Part shown: positions 1-7,700 of the stretch, piece after piece | Layout of the letters: the number at the start of each line of letters is the position of its first letter | Position numbering within the stretch: the stretch's first letter is position 1 | Assembly: GCA_038330175.1 (NCBI GenBank) | Contig: JBBQNS010000001.1 | Span: 15,552 to 79,551, forward strand | Source of the DNA: Kiritimatiellia bacterium | GTDB lineage: Bacteria; Verrucomicrobiota; Kiritimatiellia; CAIKKV01; CAITUY01 | Direction: 5' to 3' | Length of the DNA: 64,000 nt | Position numbers and translations under genes: made by a program | The notes under the pieces: generated by a model | The model's database searches: none | Seen by the model: only the letters and a program-made list of their open reading frames with translations | What the model was told of the DNA's origin: nothing

Positions 1-55
1 CATTACGTGATAAGGCTAGCGACGATATTTTCCTACTTCAAGCCTAATCGCATCC

Positions 56-125
56 CTAGCAGCCTGTCGGGCTTCGCGCCTGTGGGGGGGGCTACCGGCG
101 GAGACCGCCGGCTCGAGAATATAAT
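56..125. repeat. Partial copy (left arm only) of a GC-rich MITE/REP-like palindromic element. It carries the core CTACCGGCGGAGACCGCCGGCTCC.
   Basis: Near-identical to 7249–7312 and 49833–49890. The core is itself a mini-hairpin (CCGGCGG-AGA-CCGCCGG). Confidence 0.6.
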
Positions 126-386
126 AAGTAATAACCATCAGAATCGCTACCTATCCCGCTTGGGCGCATCTGCGATCATGAGTTCTATTTAGGGACGTCG
201 CTTGCTACGTGCCGCTGGTCTATATGATCGCCGGTATAAGTCCAACGGCACGCCGCAAGCGACATCCCTACATAATGAGCGTGCGCAAAAAAATATCATC
301 ATTTTGGCTTTACACCGTCCCATCAAATGACTAAGTTATATTTATTAATTCGTAATGATGTAGTCTTTTGATGGCCAGAAATTATT

Positions 387-1373
387 ATGGAAGAGCGATA
401 TCAGACTATTGCCAAGGAGTTGCAGGCGGAGATTGATACCGGCATTTTCGTTGCAGGATGCCCGCTCCCTACGCGCGCCAAGCTTGCTGAACGCTTTAAG
501 GTGGCGCGCGCGACCATGGATCGTGCCGTGACCTGCTTGGTCAAAAAAGGCGTACTCACAGCTAGGCGTGGCGCGGGGACAGAAGTAGCCAGCGGCGCAC
601 CACTCAGAACCATTGGAGTGATTGAAGGTGTTTGGCCCTGGCTTTCTCAAATTCTTCCACCTGCTCCGTTCGGAGTTCAGCTCGAACGGATATCCAGTCA
701 TGAGCTACAAACCAAAGCCTATCGCAATACGTTGAGGAAATATGACGGCTTGATCTGGATTTGCCCGGAAGACCGAGAACTGGCGTGGGCACGCGAAACA
801 CCGCCCAACCAGCCTCAACTGCTCGTCAATCGGCATATCAGTGGGTTCAACTATGTCTCCTGTGATCACCGTGGCGCCATTTGCGACATCACTTCACGCC
901 GACTCGCAGAATGCCCGACCGCGCTTCCCGTCTTCCTCTCAGTGGCACAATCTGAAGGCCTGGTGTGGGGAATGCGGGAAAAGGGATTTGTCGACGCCTG
1001 TCGGCAAGCAGACCGCTTTTATGAAATTATCCCGTTACCAAACAGTTTCGACGAACGGCTACTTGTGCTCAACGCAAAACTCAAGGCTACCCCGAAACGC
1101 CCCATCATCCTCGTCTCCGGTAGCCGCATCAATACCGGCTCCGTTATCGCCTGGGTCAAAAGCCAAGGGCTAACTTGGCGCAAGGAAATCTTCTACTCTG
1201 ACTTCGATAACGAATACCCGCCCGATATCTGGGGCTTGACCGTCAGCAGCTTCATCCAAAATATGCCCGTCTTGTTTACGGAAGCACTGAGCAAGGCTCT
1301 TGCCCTAATCAACAACACGCAAACCTCTGCCACCGTGCTCATTCCCCCCACGTTTATCAATGGAGACACCTGA
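387..1373 (+). CDS. GntR-family transcriptional regulator with a C-terminal periplasmic-binding-protein-like (LacI-type) sugar-binding domain
   Basis: N-terminal winged-HTH pattern (IAKELQAEI...LPTRAKLAERFKVARATMDRAVTCLVKKGVL) followed by a ~250-aa PBP-like region. A 328-aa ORF. Confidence 0.65.
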   Translation: MEERYQTIAKELQAEIDTGIFVAGCPLPTRAKLAERFKVARATMDRAVTCLVKKGVLTARRGAGTEVASGAPLRTIGVIEGVWPWLSQILPPAPFGVQLERISSHELQTKAYRNTLRKYDGLIWICPEDRELAWARETPPNQPQLLVNRHISGFNYVSCDHRGAICDITSRRLAECPTALPVFLSVAQSEGLVWGMREKGFVDACRQADRFYEIIPLPNSFDERLLVLNAKLKATPKRPIILVSGSRINTGSVIAWVKSQGLTWRKEIFYSDFDNEYPPDIWGLTVSSFIQNMPVLFTEALSKALALINNTQTSATVLIPPTFINGDT

Positions 1374-1423
1374 TCCATTCACTCAATTTCGGAAATAAAA
1401 CATAGCAACAAACAAGGAGCAAT

Positions 1424-2317
1424 ATGTCAGCAATAACCAAAGTAGCCCTCGTCGGTCTTGACACCAGTCACAGCGTTGATTTCATCAGACTCATGCAAGG
1501 CACCGACTGCCCACCCGACCAGAAAATAACCGGCATGCTCGCCACCGCCTGCATGCGCTTCGACACCCCTTTCCAAAGTAAAGAAGGCCTGGATGACCGC
1601 CAGAAAATACTGGAGAGCTGGGGCGTCAAAGTGACAACCCATTTTGAAGAATGCGTAGCCGATTGCGACGCCATCATGCTCACCATCAATGACCCCGCCT
1701 TTCATCTTGAATATTTCACCAAATGCGCGAGCCTCGGCAAACCTATCTTCATGGACAAACCGCTGGCCGACACGCTCGCAAATGGAAAGGCGATCAGTGC
1801 TTTGGCTGCAGCCAAAGGAGTCAAGGTGATGTCCAGCTCGAGCCTACGCCATACCTCCGCGCTCCTGGAGGCCTGCGCAGCCATCCCCACTCCCGCCCAA
1901 GCCACAACCTTCGGGCCACTCGGAAAAGCTCCTGCAGGAAGCTCGATCGTCTGGTACGGCGTCCACGCCTTCGAGATGCTCGAACGCGCCATGGGCCGCG
2001 GCGCAGCCAACCTGACCGTGTACCGCGACAAGGCAGGCGCCGTGTGCACCGTCGCCTACGCCGATGGACGCCGCGGTGTCGTTGAACTTGCAGAAGGCAA
2101 TTACAGCTACGGCGGCGCGCTTCGAGGTGACGGCAAGGCCGCCGCTTTTGTGGTCGACATGCGCTTCGCTTCCTCGAAGCAATTACAAGATATTCAAACC
2201 TTTTTCCAAACCGGTACGGCCCCCCTCACTTTTGACGACACACTTGAGGTCATGGCACTTCTCGATGCCGCCCAGCATGCATTTACCACAGGAAAGACCG
2301 TAACAATCAACGTATAA
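1424..2317 (+). CDS. Gfo/Idh/MocA-like NAD(P)-dependent oxidoreductase (divergent)
   Basis: N-terminal Rossmann segment KVALVGLDTSH and the family-typical DKP motif (GKPIFMDKPLA). Sits directly upstream of a canonical family member. Confidence 0.5.
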   Translation: MSAITKVALVGLDTSHSVDFIRLMQGTDCPPDQKITGMLATACMRFDTPFQSKEGLDDRQKILESWGVKVTTHFEECVADCDAIMLTINDPAFHLEYFTKCASLGKPIFMDKPLADTLANGKAISALAAAKGVKVMSSSSLRHTSALLEACAAIPTPAQATTFGPLGKAPAGSSIVWYGVHAFEMLERAMGRGAANLTVYRDKAGAVCTVAYADGRRGVVELAEGNYSYGGALRGDGKAAAFVVDMRFASSKQLQDIQTFFQTGTAPLTFDDTLEVMALLDAAQHAFTTGKTVTINV

Positions 2318-2340
2318 CCAACAGCTCAGGAGGACAACAC

Positions 2341-3402
2341 ATGAAGAAATTAAAAGTAGGCATCATCGGGCAAGGCCGCAGCGGCAAAGATATCCACGCG
2401 CACACACTCGTTCTGCTCCCTGACGAATTCGAAATCGCAGCCATAGCGGATCCCCTTGAAGATCGCTGCGAAATCGCACGCCGGGAGTTCCACTGCGAAA
2501 CCTTCTCTACCTGGGAAGGCATGTTAGCGAAACGCCGGGATTTGGACTTGGTCGTCAACGCCACCCCCAGCCCCCTGCACCTTCCGCTTACGGAACAGAT
2601 TCTCAATGCGGGCTTCAATGTACTCTGCGAAAAACCGTTTGGCCGCCTTGTGGCGGATGTCGACCGGGTCATTGCCACAGCGAAAAGAACCGGCAAAACT
2701 CTTGCCATATTCCAACAGTCCCGCTACTCCGCCTATTTCCAACAAGTTAAAGCCGTCGTCGACTCCGGAGTGTTAGGCCGAATCGTGATGGTGAAAATCG
2801 CCTTTAACGGCTACGCCCGGCGCTGGGACTGGCAGACACTTCGCAAAATGGATGCTGGCAATCTCCTGAACACAGGGCCGCACCCGCTCGATCAAGCACT
2901 CCATTTCATCGGCCGCGACGCGATGCCGGAGGTGCTCAGCATCATGGATAACGTGAATACCTTTGGTGACGCTGAGGATCACGTCAAAATCATCCTCACC
3001 CGTAAAGGCCGACCGACCATCGATCTCGAAATTTCGTCCTGCTGCTCCTACAATCCCTACACCTATGTCGTTTACGGCAGTCGCGGCAGTCTGGCCGGCA
3101 CGATGAACCACCTCGAGTGGAAATACTACAAGGAGTCCGAGGCGCCGCAACAGCACCTCATCACCGGCCCGATGCCGAATCAGAGCTACTGTTCCGAACC
3201 GCTGGTTTTCCATGAGGAAAAATGGGATGCCCCTGAAGAGGCCGCCAAAAATCTCTTCGACTTCATGTCAGTCCGTTTCTACCGCGACCTCCACACCTCC
3301 CTCGTTACCGGCGCACCGCTGGTGATTTCCCACGAAGAGGTGCGCCAGCAAATCGCCGTTATCGAGGAAGCACACCGGCAAAACGGAACCTACGCAGACT
3401 AA
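2341..3402 (+). CDS. Gfo/Idh/MocA family oxidoreductase
   Basis: MKKLKVGIIGQGRSGKD N-terminus, a VLCEKP motif and a 353-aa length typical of the family. Confidence 0.85.
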   Translation: MKKLKVGIIGQGRSGKDIHAHTLVLLPDEFEIAAIADPLEDRCEIARREFHCETFSTWEGMLAKRRDLDLVVNATPSPLHLPLTEQILNAGFNVLCEKPFGRLVADVDRVIATAKRTGKTLAIFQQSRYSAYFQQVKAVVDSGVLGRIVMVKIAFNGYARRWDWQTLRKMDAGNLLNTGPHPLDQALHFIGRDAMPEVLSIMDNVNTFGDAEDHVKIILTRKGRPTIDLEISSCCSYNPYTYVVYGSRGSLAGTMNHLEWKYYKESEAPQQHLITGPMPNQSYCSEPLVFHEEKWDAPEEAAKNLFDFMSVRFYRDLHTSLVTGAPLVISHEEVRQQIAVIEEAHRQNGTYAD

Positions 3403-3422
3403 AATCTAGCAATTGTAATTAT

Positions 3423-3444
3423 GCCCCTTTGGGGCCAATTTTCC
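3423..3444 (+). terminator. Possible weak intrinsic terminator (GCCCC-TTT-GGGGC followed by a T-rich tail)
   Basis: Short GC hairpin followed by CAATTTTCC, about 20 nt after the stop of the 2341–3402 gene. Confidence 0.3.
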
Positions 3445-3707
3445 TCGGAGCGGAACGTGTAAACGTTCCGGAATTGCCCGGAATCGTCAACCGCCTTCGT
3501 CAAGCTTCGGCGTGTCATGGCGATTCCGATCCAAAAGAAGCCAAACCGTGGGGGGTAGACAAGGGCCATTGTTTTTGCGACATTACTTTCTTCGTTTTGA
3601 GTGCGGCATGGTGCCGCATAAAAAATGAAAGAAGCAGGTTGGGATGCCCCGTGTACCCCTGTCGGGGGTAAGGAATTTTCAACCTTGCTAGCAAAAAAAA
3701 GGACCCC

Positions 3708-4835
3708 ATGACCACCCCTCGCGTCAACTTCACACCCGGCCCCGAATACGCCGATTCCAACCGCTGTTTCGGTATCGCCTCTAGCATGGCCTGTACCCCC
3801 GGTGGTCGCCTCTGGTGCGGCTTCACCAGCGGAGGCAATGGCGAGGGGCAACTGAACTACGGAGTCGTCGTCCGCAGCGATGATGACGGGGAAACCTGGA
3901 CACCGCCAGCCATCGTCTTCGATGCTCATGACGAGGGGATGATTCGCAGCGACCACGTCACCACCTGGACGGCACCAACCGGCGCGCTCTGGATCATGTG
4001 GAGTCGGTATCCTTCTTCTTTGAATGGTCCCGGTTCCTCCCTTTGGTGCATCATCAGCGATAACCCTGATGCCGCCGCTCCCCGGTGGTCCCAGCCCCGC
4101 CAACTGGCGGAAGGGCAGAATCTTTTAACCAGACCCACTGTGCTCTCGGACGGCACATGGATCTTTCCCACCGGCTGCTGGAACCGCGGCGCCTCGCCGT
4201 CGCGGCCGCTGATTTCGCACGACCAGGGCGCAACCTTTGAACTGGGCGCAGCATTACATGCTGCAAAGGACCCCGACTTCGACGAGTACCAGATCGTAGA
4301 GCGGGGTGATAAGAAGCTGATCATCTTCAATCGCCACGCCGATTCTTTCCTGCAGTGCGAATCAGAAGATGGTGGGCAGAGCTGGACGCGTCAGGAGCCG
4401 AACGGCATTCGCCACACAGACTCGCGGTTCGTCTTCATGAAGCTGGCTTCCGGCAACTGGCTGCTAATCAAACAAGGTCACCTCAACTGGATCTCGGATG
4501 CAAAAGAAGAGCGCACGACACAACGGGGGCGCTCCCACCTCACCGCATATCTTTCAGAAGACGAGGGCAAGACCTGGAAAGGCGGCCTCTCGCTGGACGA
4601 GCGTGAATGCTCCTACCCTTTTGCGACGCAAGCCGCGGATGGCACGATCTACCTCTCCTACGAGCGTAACCGCTGGAACCTGCCGGAAATTTTGCTCGGA
4701 CGCTTCACGGAGGCTGATGCGCTTGCCGGCAAGCTGGTTTCCCCACGATCTGCCCTGCGGCGATTGGTGAACAAGGCCGGCGCGACGGCGAACGGTTGTC
4801 CGAGAAAAACGGCTGCGGCGAAGGAGAATGACTAA
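3708..4835 (+). CDS. BNR/Asp-box repeat exo-alpha-sialidase-like glycoside hydrolase (GH33-like)
   Basis: Four Asp-box motifs (SDDDGETW, SHDQGATF, SEDGGQSW, SEDEGKTW). A 375-aa ORF. Confidence 0.8.
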   Translation: MTTPRVNFTPGPEYADSNRCFGIASSMACTPGGRLWCGFTSGGNGEGQLNYGVVVRSDDDGETWTPPAIVFDAHDEGMIRSDHVTTWTAPTGALWIMWSRYPSSLNGPGSSLWCIISDNPDAAAPRWSQPRQLAEGQNLLTRPTVLSDGTWIFPTGCWNRGASPSRPLISHDQGATFELGAALHAAKDPDFDEYQIVERGDKKLIIFNRHADSFLQCESEDGGQSWTRQEPNGIRHTDSRFVFMKLASGNWLLIKQGHLNWISDAKEERTTQRGRSHLTAYLSEDEGKTWKGGLSLDERECSYPFATQAADGTIYLSYERNRWNLPEILLGRFTEADALAGKLVSPRSALRRLVNKAGATANGCPRKTAAAKEND

Positions 4836-4845
4836 ATGAAGACCG

Positions 4846-5339
4846 ATGTGCAGTTATGGGCTCAAGGGCGCACCGACGGGGAAACGCCCTTGTAAAGAGA
4901 CGCTGAATCATGCCGCGTTGATCAGCCGCGTGAGCGGTCTGGATGTCTATGAACACACACCAGAGGCCTTTCGCCGGGCCTATGCGGCGCTGGGCATTGA
5001 CATCATCAACCGCGTTCCGCTGGACAATGCGACGAAGTGGGTGGGCCACGAGCCGCGCCGCTAGAAGTCGTCGAGGAGCAGTTCGGCCAGACCGGGCACG
5101 TCTTCATCGGTGGTGCGGAAACCGGCCTGTTGACCCGGGGAACGCCAGAACAGGTTCGTAAAATGGTTCAACGGCTGGCACAGTGTACCCGCTACCCTGG
5201 CTTTGTCATCTGCTCGCCGGGGGGGCTGCACGATAATATCCCTATGGAAAATCTCGAGGCCTATTTCGATGCCCGAGTGACACTCGGCGTCACTCCGGAA
5301 AACTGGCGAACGGCGATGAAGTCGGATTTGGCCGAGTGA
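4846..5339 (+). pseudogene. Remnant of a uroporphyrinogen-decarboxylase (URO-D/MtaA-like) family gene. Only the C-terminal ~100 aa are intact in frame, and the upstream part is out of frame.
   Basis: The 5037–5339 product (GTPEQVRKMVQRLAQ...GGLHDNIPMENLEAYFDA) aligns with the C-terminus of the intact URO-D-family gene at 63097–63963. The region is only ~500 bp, versus ~1 kb for a full gene. Confidence 0.5.
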
Positions 5340-5418
5340 GCGAAAGCACGCTAAGGTTACACAGCGGCGCAAATTTCGAGGCGATTTGAATTTGCTGAAA
5401 CTTGATACAGGAGCGAAT

Positions 5419-6765
5419 ATGAAAAATAAATGTGATGTGTGTGTAGTGGGTGGTGGAAGCGGGGGATTTGGCGCAGCGTTGGCGGCTGCACGGCGCGGGC
5501 TGCGCGTGCTGTTGGTCGAGAAGGGCTCCATGCTAGGCGGAACCAGCACGCTGGGCGGAGTGAATACCTGGGAGCCCGGTGTCAGTAGTTCAGGCTTTCC
5601 CCTGGAGTTATATGAGCGCCTGCGTCGACAGCAGAACGCCATTGGCGTAAGCCGCACCATCCAAAATTGGCAGCCCGACAAACCGTGGGGCTGGTCGCGT
5701 GTTGATGCGTTAGCCGACTATCAGAGTTCAGAGAGGCGGGCGGGAACGCCGAGTGATCAATGGGCGCGGATCACTTTTGAGCCGGAGGCGATGGCGGCGG
5801 AAATGCTTGCCATGCTGCAGGAAACTGGGAACGTGGACGTACGGCTGAATACCCGGTTTGTCAGAGCGGAATGTCAGGGTGATCAAGTGAAGCGGCTATG
5901 GTTGTCCGATTCCTCAGGTGAATTTGAGATTGAACCTAGCTATGTCGTGGATAGCACGGCGGAACTGCTTGTGGCCTCCGCCGTGGGATGCCGGACAAGC
6001 ATAGGAACGGAGCCGAAGTCAATGTATGGCGAGGACTGTGCACCCATAGAGCCGTTGACGCAGATCAATGGGGTCACGCTATGTTTCCGCGTCACTCCGA
6101 GTGATGTTCCAAACGTTCAGCCGTTACCGCCCGAGCTGTCGGGCGGCACCTTTACGCCGCCAGTGAGTATCACGGAGTATCCCTGCGGGGACTTGAATAT
6201 GAATTCGCTGCCGACCCTAGATGGCTGGGAGTATCGGCAGCTGGGCGAAGTCGAAGGGCGGCGGATTTGTGAACAGCGGATCGCGTTATTATGGCATTGG
6301 TTACAGGCGGATAAGGGGTTCGACCGGTATCGCCTGGTCCGGCTATTCCCGATGGTTGGGGTGCGAGAAGGTGCTCGGTTGGTGGGGCGCCATGTGTTAA
6401 CCGAGCTGGAGGTGCGGGCAGGGTGTTCAGGACAACAGAACCGAGATCGATGGATCGCTTTGGCAGATCATGCGTTGGATGTCCATGGGCATGGCCACAT
6501 GTGTCGGGAGTTAAGCCAGCCCTATGGGGTCCCTTATGAGTGTTTATTGCCGCAGGAATTCGAGAACCTGATTGTTGCCTGTCGCGGAGCGTCCTTCTCG
6601 CACATTGCGGCTTCGTCCTGCCGGCTATCGCGCACGATGATGGCACTAGGTCATGCCACAGGATTGGCCGTTGCTGAGGCCGTAAAAAAGCGCACCGGGT
6701 TGTCCTCAATTGAGGTTGGACGTATCCAGCCGGAGTTGAACGTCCTGTGTGACGCTGCTGTTTAG
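5419..6765 (+). CDS. FAD-dependent oxidoreductase (FAD_oxidored/PF12831-like)
   Basis: Dinucleotide-binding motif CDVCVVGGGSGGFGAALAAARRG. An AGGAG RBS lies 6 nt upstream of the ATG at 5419. The ORF-track start at 5386 is probably an N-terminal over-extension. Confidence 0.8.
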   Translation: MKNKCDVCVVGGGSGGFGAALAAARRGLRVLLVEKGSMLGGTSTLGGVNTWEPGVSSSGFPLELYERLRRQQNAIGVSRTIQNWQPDKPWGWSRVDALADYQSSERRAGTPSDQWARITFEPEAMAAEMLAMLQETGNVDVRLNTRFVRAECQGDQVKRLWLSDSSGEFEIEPSYVVDSTAELLVASAVGCRTSIGTEPKSMYGEDCAPIEPLTQINGVTLCFRVTPSDVPNVQPLPPELSGGTFTPPVSITEYPCGDLNMNSLPTLDGWEYRQLGEVEGRRICEQRIALLWHWLQADKGFDRYRLVRLFPMVGVREGARLVGRHVLTELEVRAGCSGQQNRDRWIALADHALDVHGHGHMCRELSQPYGVPYECLLPQEFENLIVACRGASFSHIAASSCRLSRTMMALGHATGLAVAEAVKKRTGLSSIEVGRIQPELNVLCDAAV

Positions 6766-6781
6766 AGGCCACATTTTGTCG

Positions 6782-7060
6782 CTAGGCAAGCGGCAAGGGC
6801 GCCGCTTCTACGGTGGTGCCGTATGTCTGAAACAGAGCCAAGGCTTGGCTCACGTCCAGGCGGTCGGCCGCATCAGCGAAGGGATTTCTCAGGTAGGGCG
6901 AGGTGTCCCTACCGAGCCGGAGCAAGTTGTGGCCATGAAATGCGCCAAAATAGTCAAAGTCTTTTGCGGCGCTTCAGATGGATTGCCCTTTACACCACGG
7001 CTCATCGGGACGATTCGCCCTACCGAATCCTTTTCGAATGGGGGCGTAGATAAGAGCGAT
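6782..7060 (-). pseudogene. Decayed 3' fragment of an AbiEii/AbiGii-family nucleotidyltransferase toxin gene
   Basis: Minus-strand translation gives ...LRNPFADAADRLDVSQALAL..., homologous to the C-terminus (LRRQLADAVDRLDVRQAIADV...QALALW) of the intact AbiEii at 20343–21212. There is ~85 % nucleotide identity over the segment cagagccaaggcttg...cacgtccaggcggtcg[g/a]ccgcatcagcga. An in-frame stop lies upstream. Confidence 0.5.
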
Positions 7061-7099
7061 TAGGTGGCTGTCACCGCTGGGGACAGTGGCCACTACAAG

Positions 7100-7131
7100 C
7101 ATGATCAAGCTGTGTTTTAAAGCTTGATCAT
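7100..7131. repeat. AT-rich inverted repeat CATGATCAAGCT-N9-AGCTTGATCAT
   Basis: Perfect 11–12-bp inverted repeat. A related copy (CATGATCAA-N16-TTGATCATG) is at 16942–16975. Both lie in AT-rich non-coding DNA next to AbiE-type loci. Confidence 0.45.
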
Positions 7132-7245
7132 ACAATAAAATACCGACCGCGCATTGTCAGCACATTTCTTTTCTTACAGACCTCAGAGGTATGAGCCCGC
7201 CATTAGCGCAACATGGTTATGTAGCTGACTCAACCACCCGCTACG

Positions 7246-7452
7246 CTAGCAGCCTGTCGGGCTTCGCGCCTGTGGAGGGGCTACCGGCGGAGACCGCCGG
7301 CTCCAGAATATAATTTGCGTCAGCAAACAAGCGTCACGTGCTGCCCATTGCTGAATTCACCGAGGATAGCCCGTTCTTTTAATCTTTGGAGCCGGCGGTC
7401 ACCGCCGGTGGTGGCGGTTGAGTCCGAAGGCTGTGCAAGTCCGACAGGCTGC
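7246..7452. repeat. Complete ~205-bp MITE/REP-like element with ~60-bp imperfect terminal inverted repeats built around the core CTACCGGCGGAGACCGCCGGCTCC / GGAGCCGGCGGT(C/A)(T/C)CGCCGGT(A/G)G
   Basis: Left arm 7249–7306 and right arm 7387–7452 are reverse complements at both termini (GCAGCCTGTCGG...) and in the core. Related copies are at 56–125, 49831–50015 and 62976–63069. Confidence 0.7.
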
Positions 7453-7700
7453 CAGGCGTAGGGCGAACAGTTTGACCCTGTTTTTTTAAGCTCACGGAAC
7501 TGTACAGCGCGGGGCGTTTCGTCTATTTTTCAAGCATGTACATGAAGAACGAAGTGCGCAACCCAGTCTATATCAAGCTGGTAATAGCGATCGCCTTTAT
7601 CCAGCTACTCGCACTGGAGGCCATTTTACCTCCGGCCTTCGGACAAGAGCCTTCCGCCATTCTCGCCACTGTTAACACGCAAACGTAAAATACAGCTAAG

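Noticed and set aside
160-175. 14-nt exact match GCATCTGCGATCAT also present at 49243–49256
   Set aside because: Exact 14-mers are expected to recur by chance several times in a 64-kb GC-rich window. There is no extended similarity on either side.
3590-3625. Hairpin GCGGCA-TGGT-GCCGC followed by an A-tract in the 3403–3707 spacer
   Set aside because: On the plus strand the hairpin is followed by A's, not U's. On the minus strand the T-tract precedes the stem. Neither orientation gives a canonical intrinsic terminator for the flanking genes.
3399-4103. 234-aa minus-strand ORF overlapping the start of the sialidase-like gene
   Set aside because: Lies antisense to a well-supported CDS with Asp-box repeats. 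Its composition looks like a GC-rich shadow ORF and shows no recognisable motifs.
5061-5681. 206-aa minus-strand ORF spanning the URO-D fragment and the start of the FAD oxidoreductase gene
   Set aside because: Antisense to the FAD-binding N-terminus (a clear GxGxxG fold on the plus strand). Pro/Arg-rich low-complexity translation typical of spurious high-GC ORFs.
6170-6772. 200-aa minus-strand ORF inside the FAD-dependent oxidoreductase gene
   Set aside because: Fully contained antisense within a confidently called CDS. No domain signal.
7536-7688. 50-codon ORF (MYMKNEVRNPVYIKLVIAIAFIQLLALEAILPPAFGQEPSAILATVNTQT) just upstream of the 7701 gene
   Set aside because: Hydrophobic and plausible as a small membrane peptide or a detached N-terminal signal segment of the downstream gene. 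However it is below the 60-aa cut-off, has no RBS or conservation evidence, and lies in a region where I suspect indels. Not enough to call.
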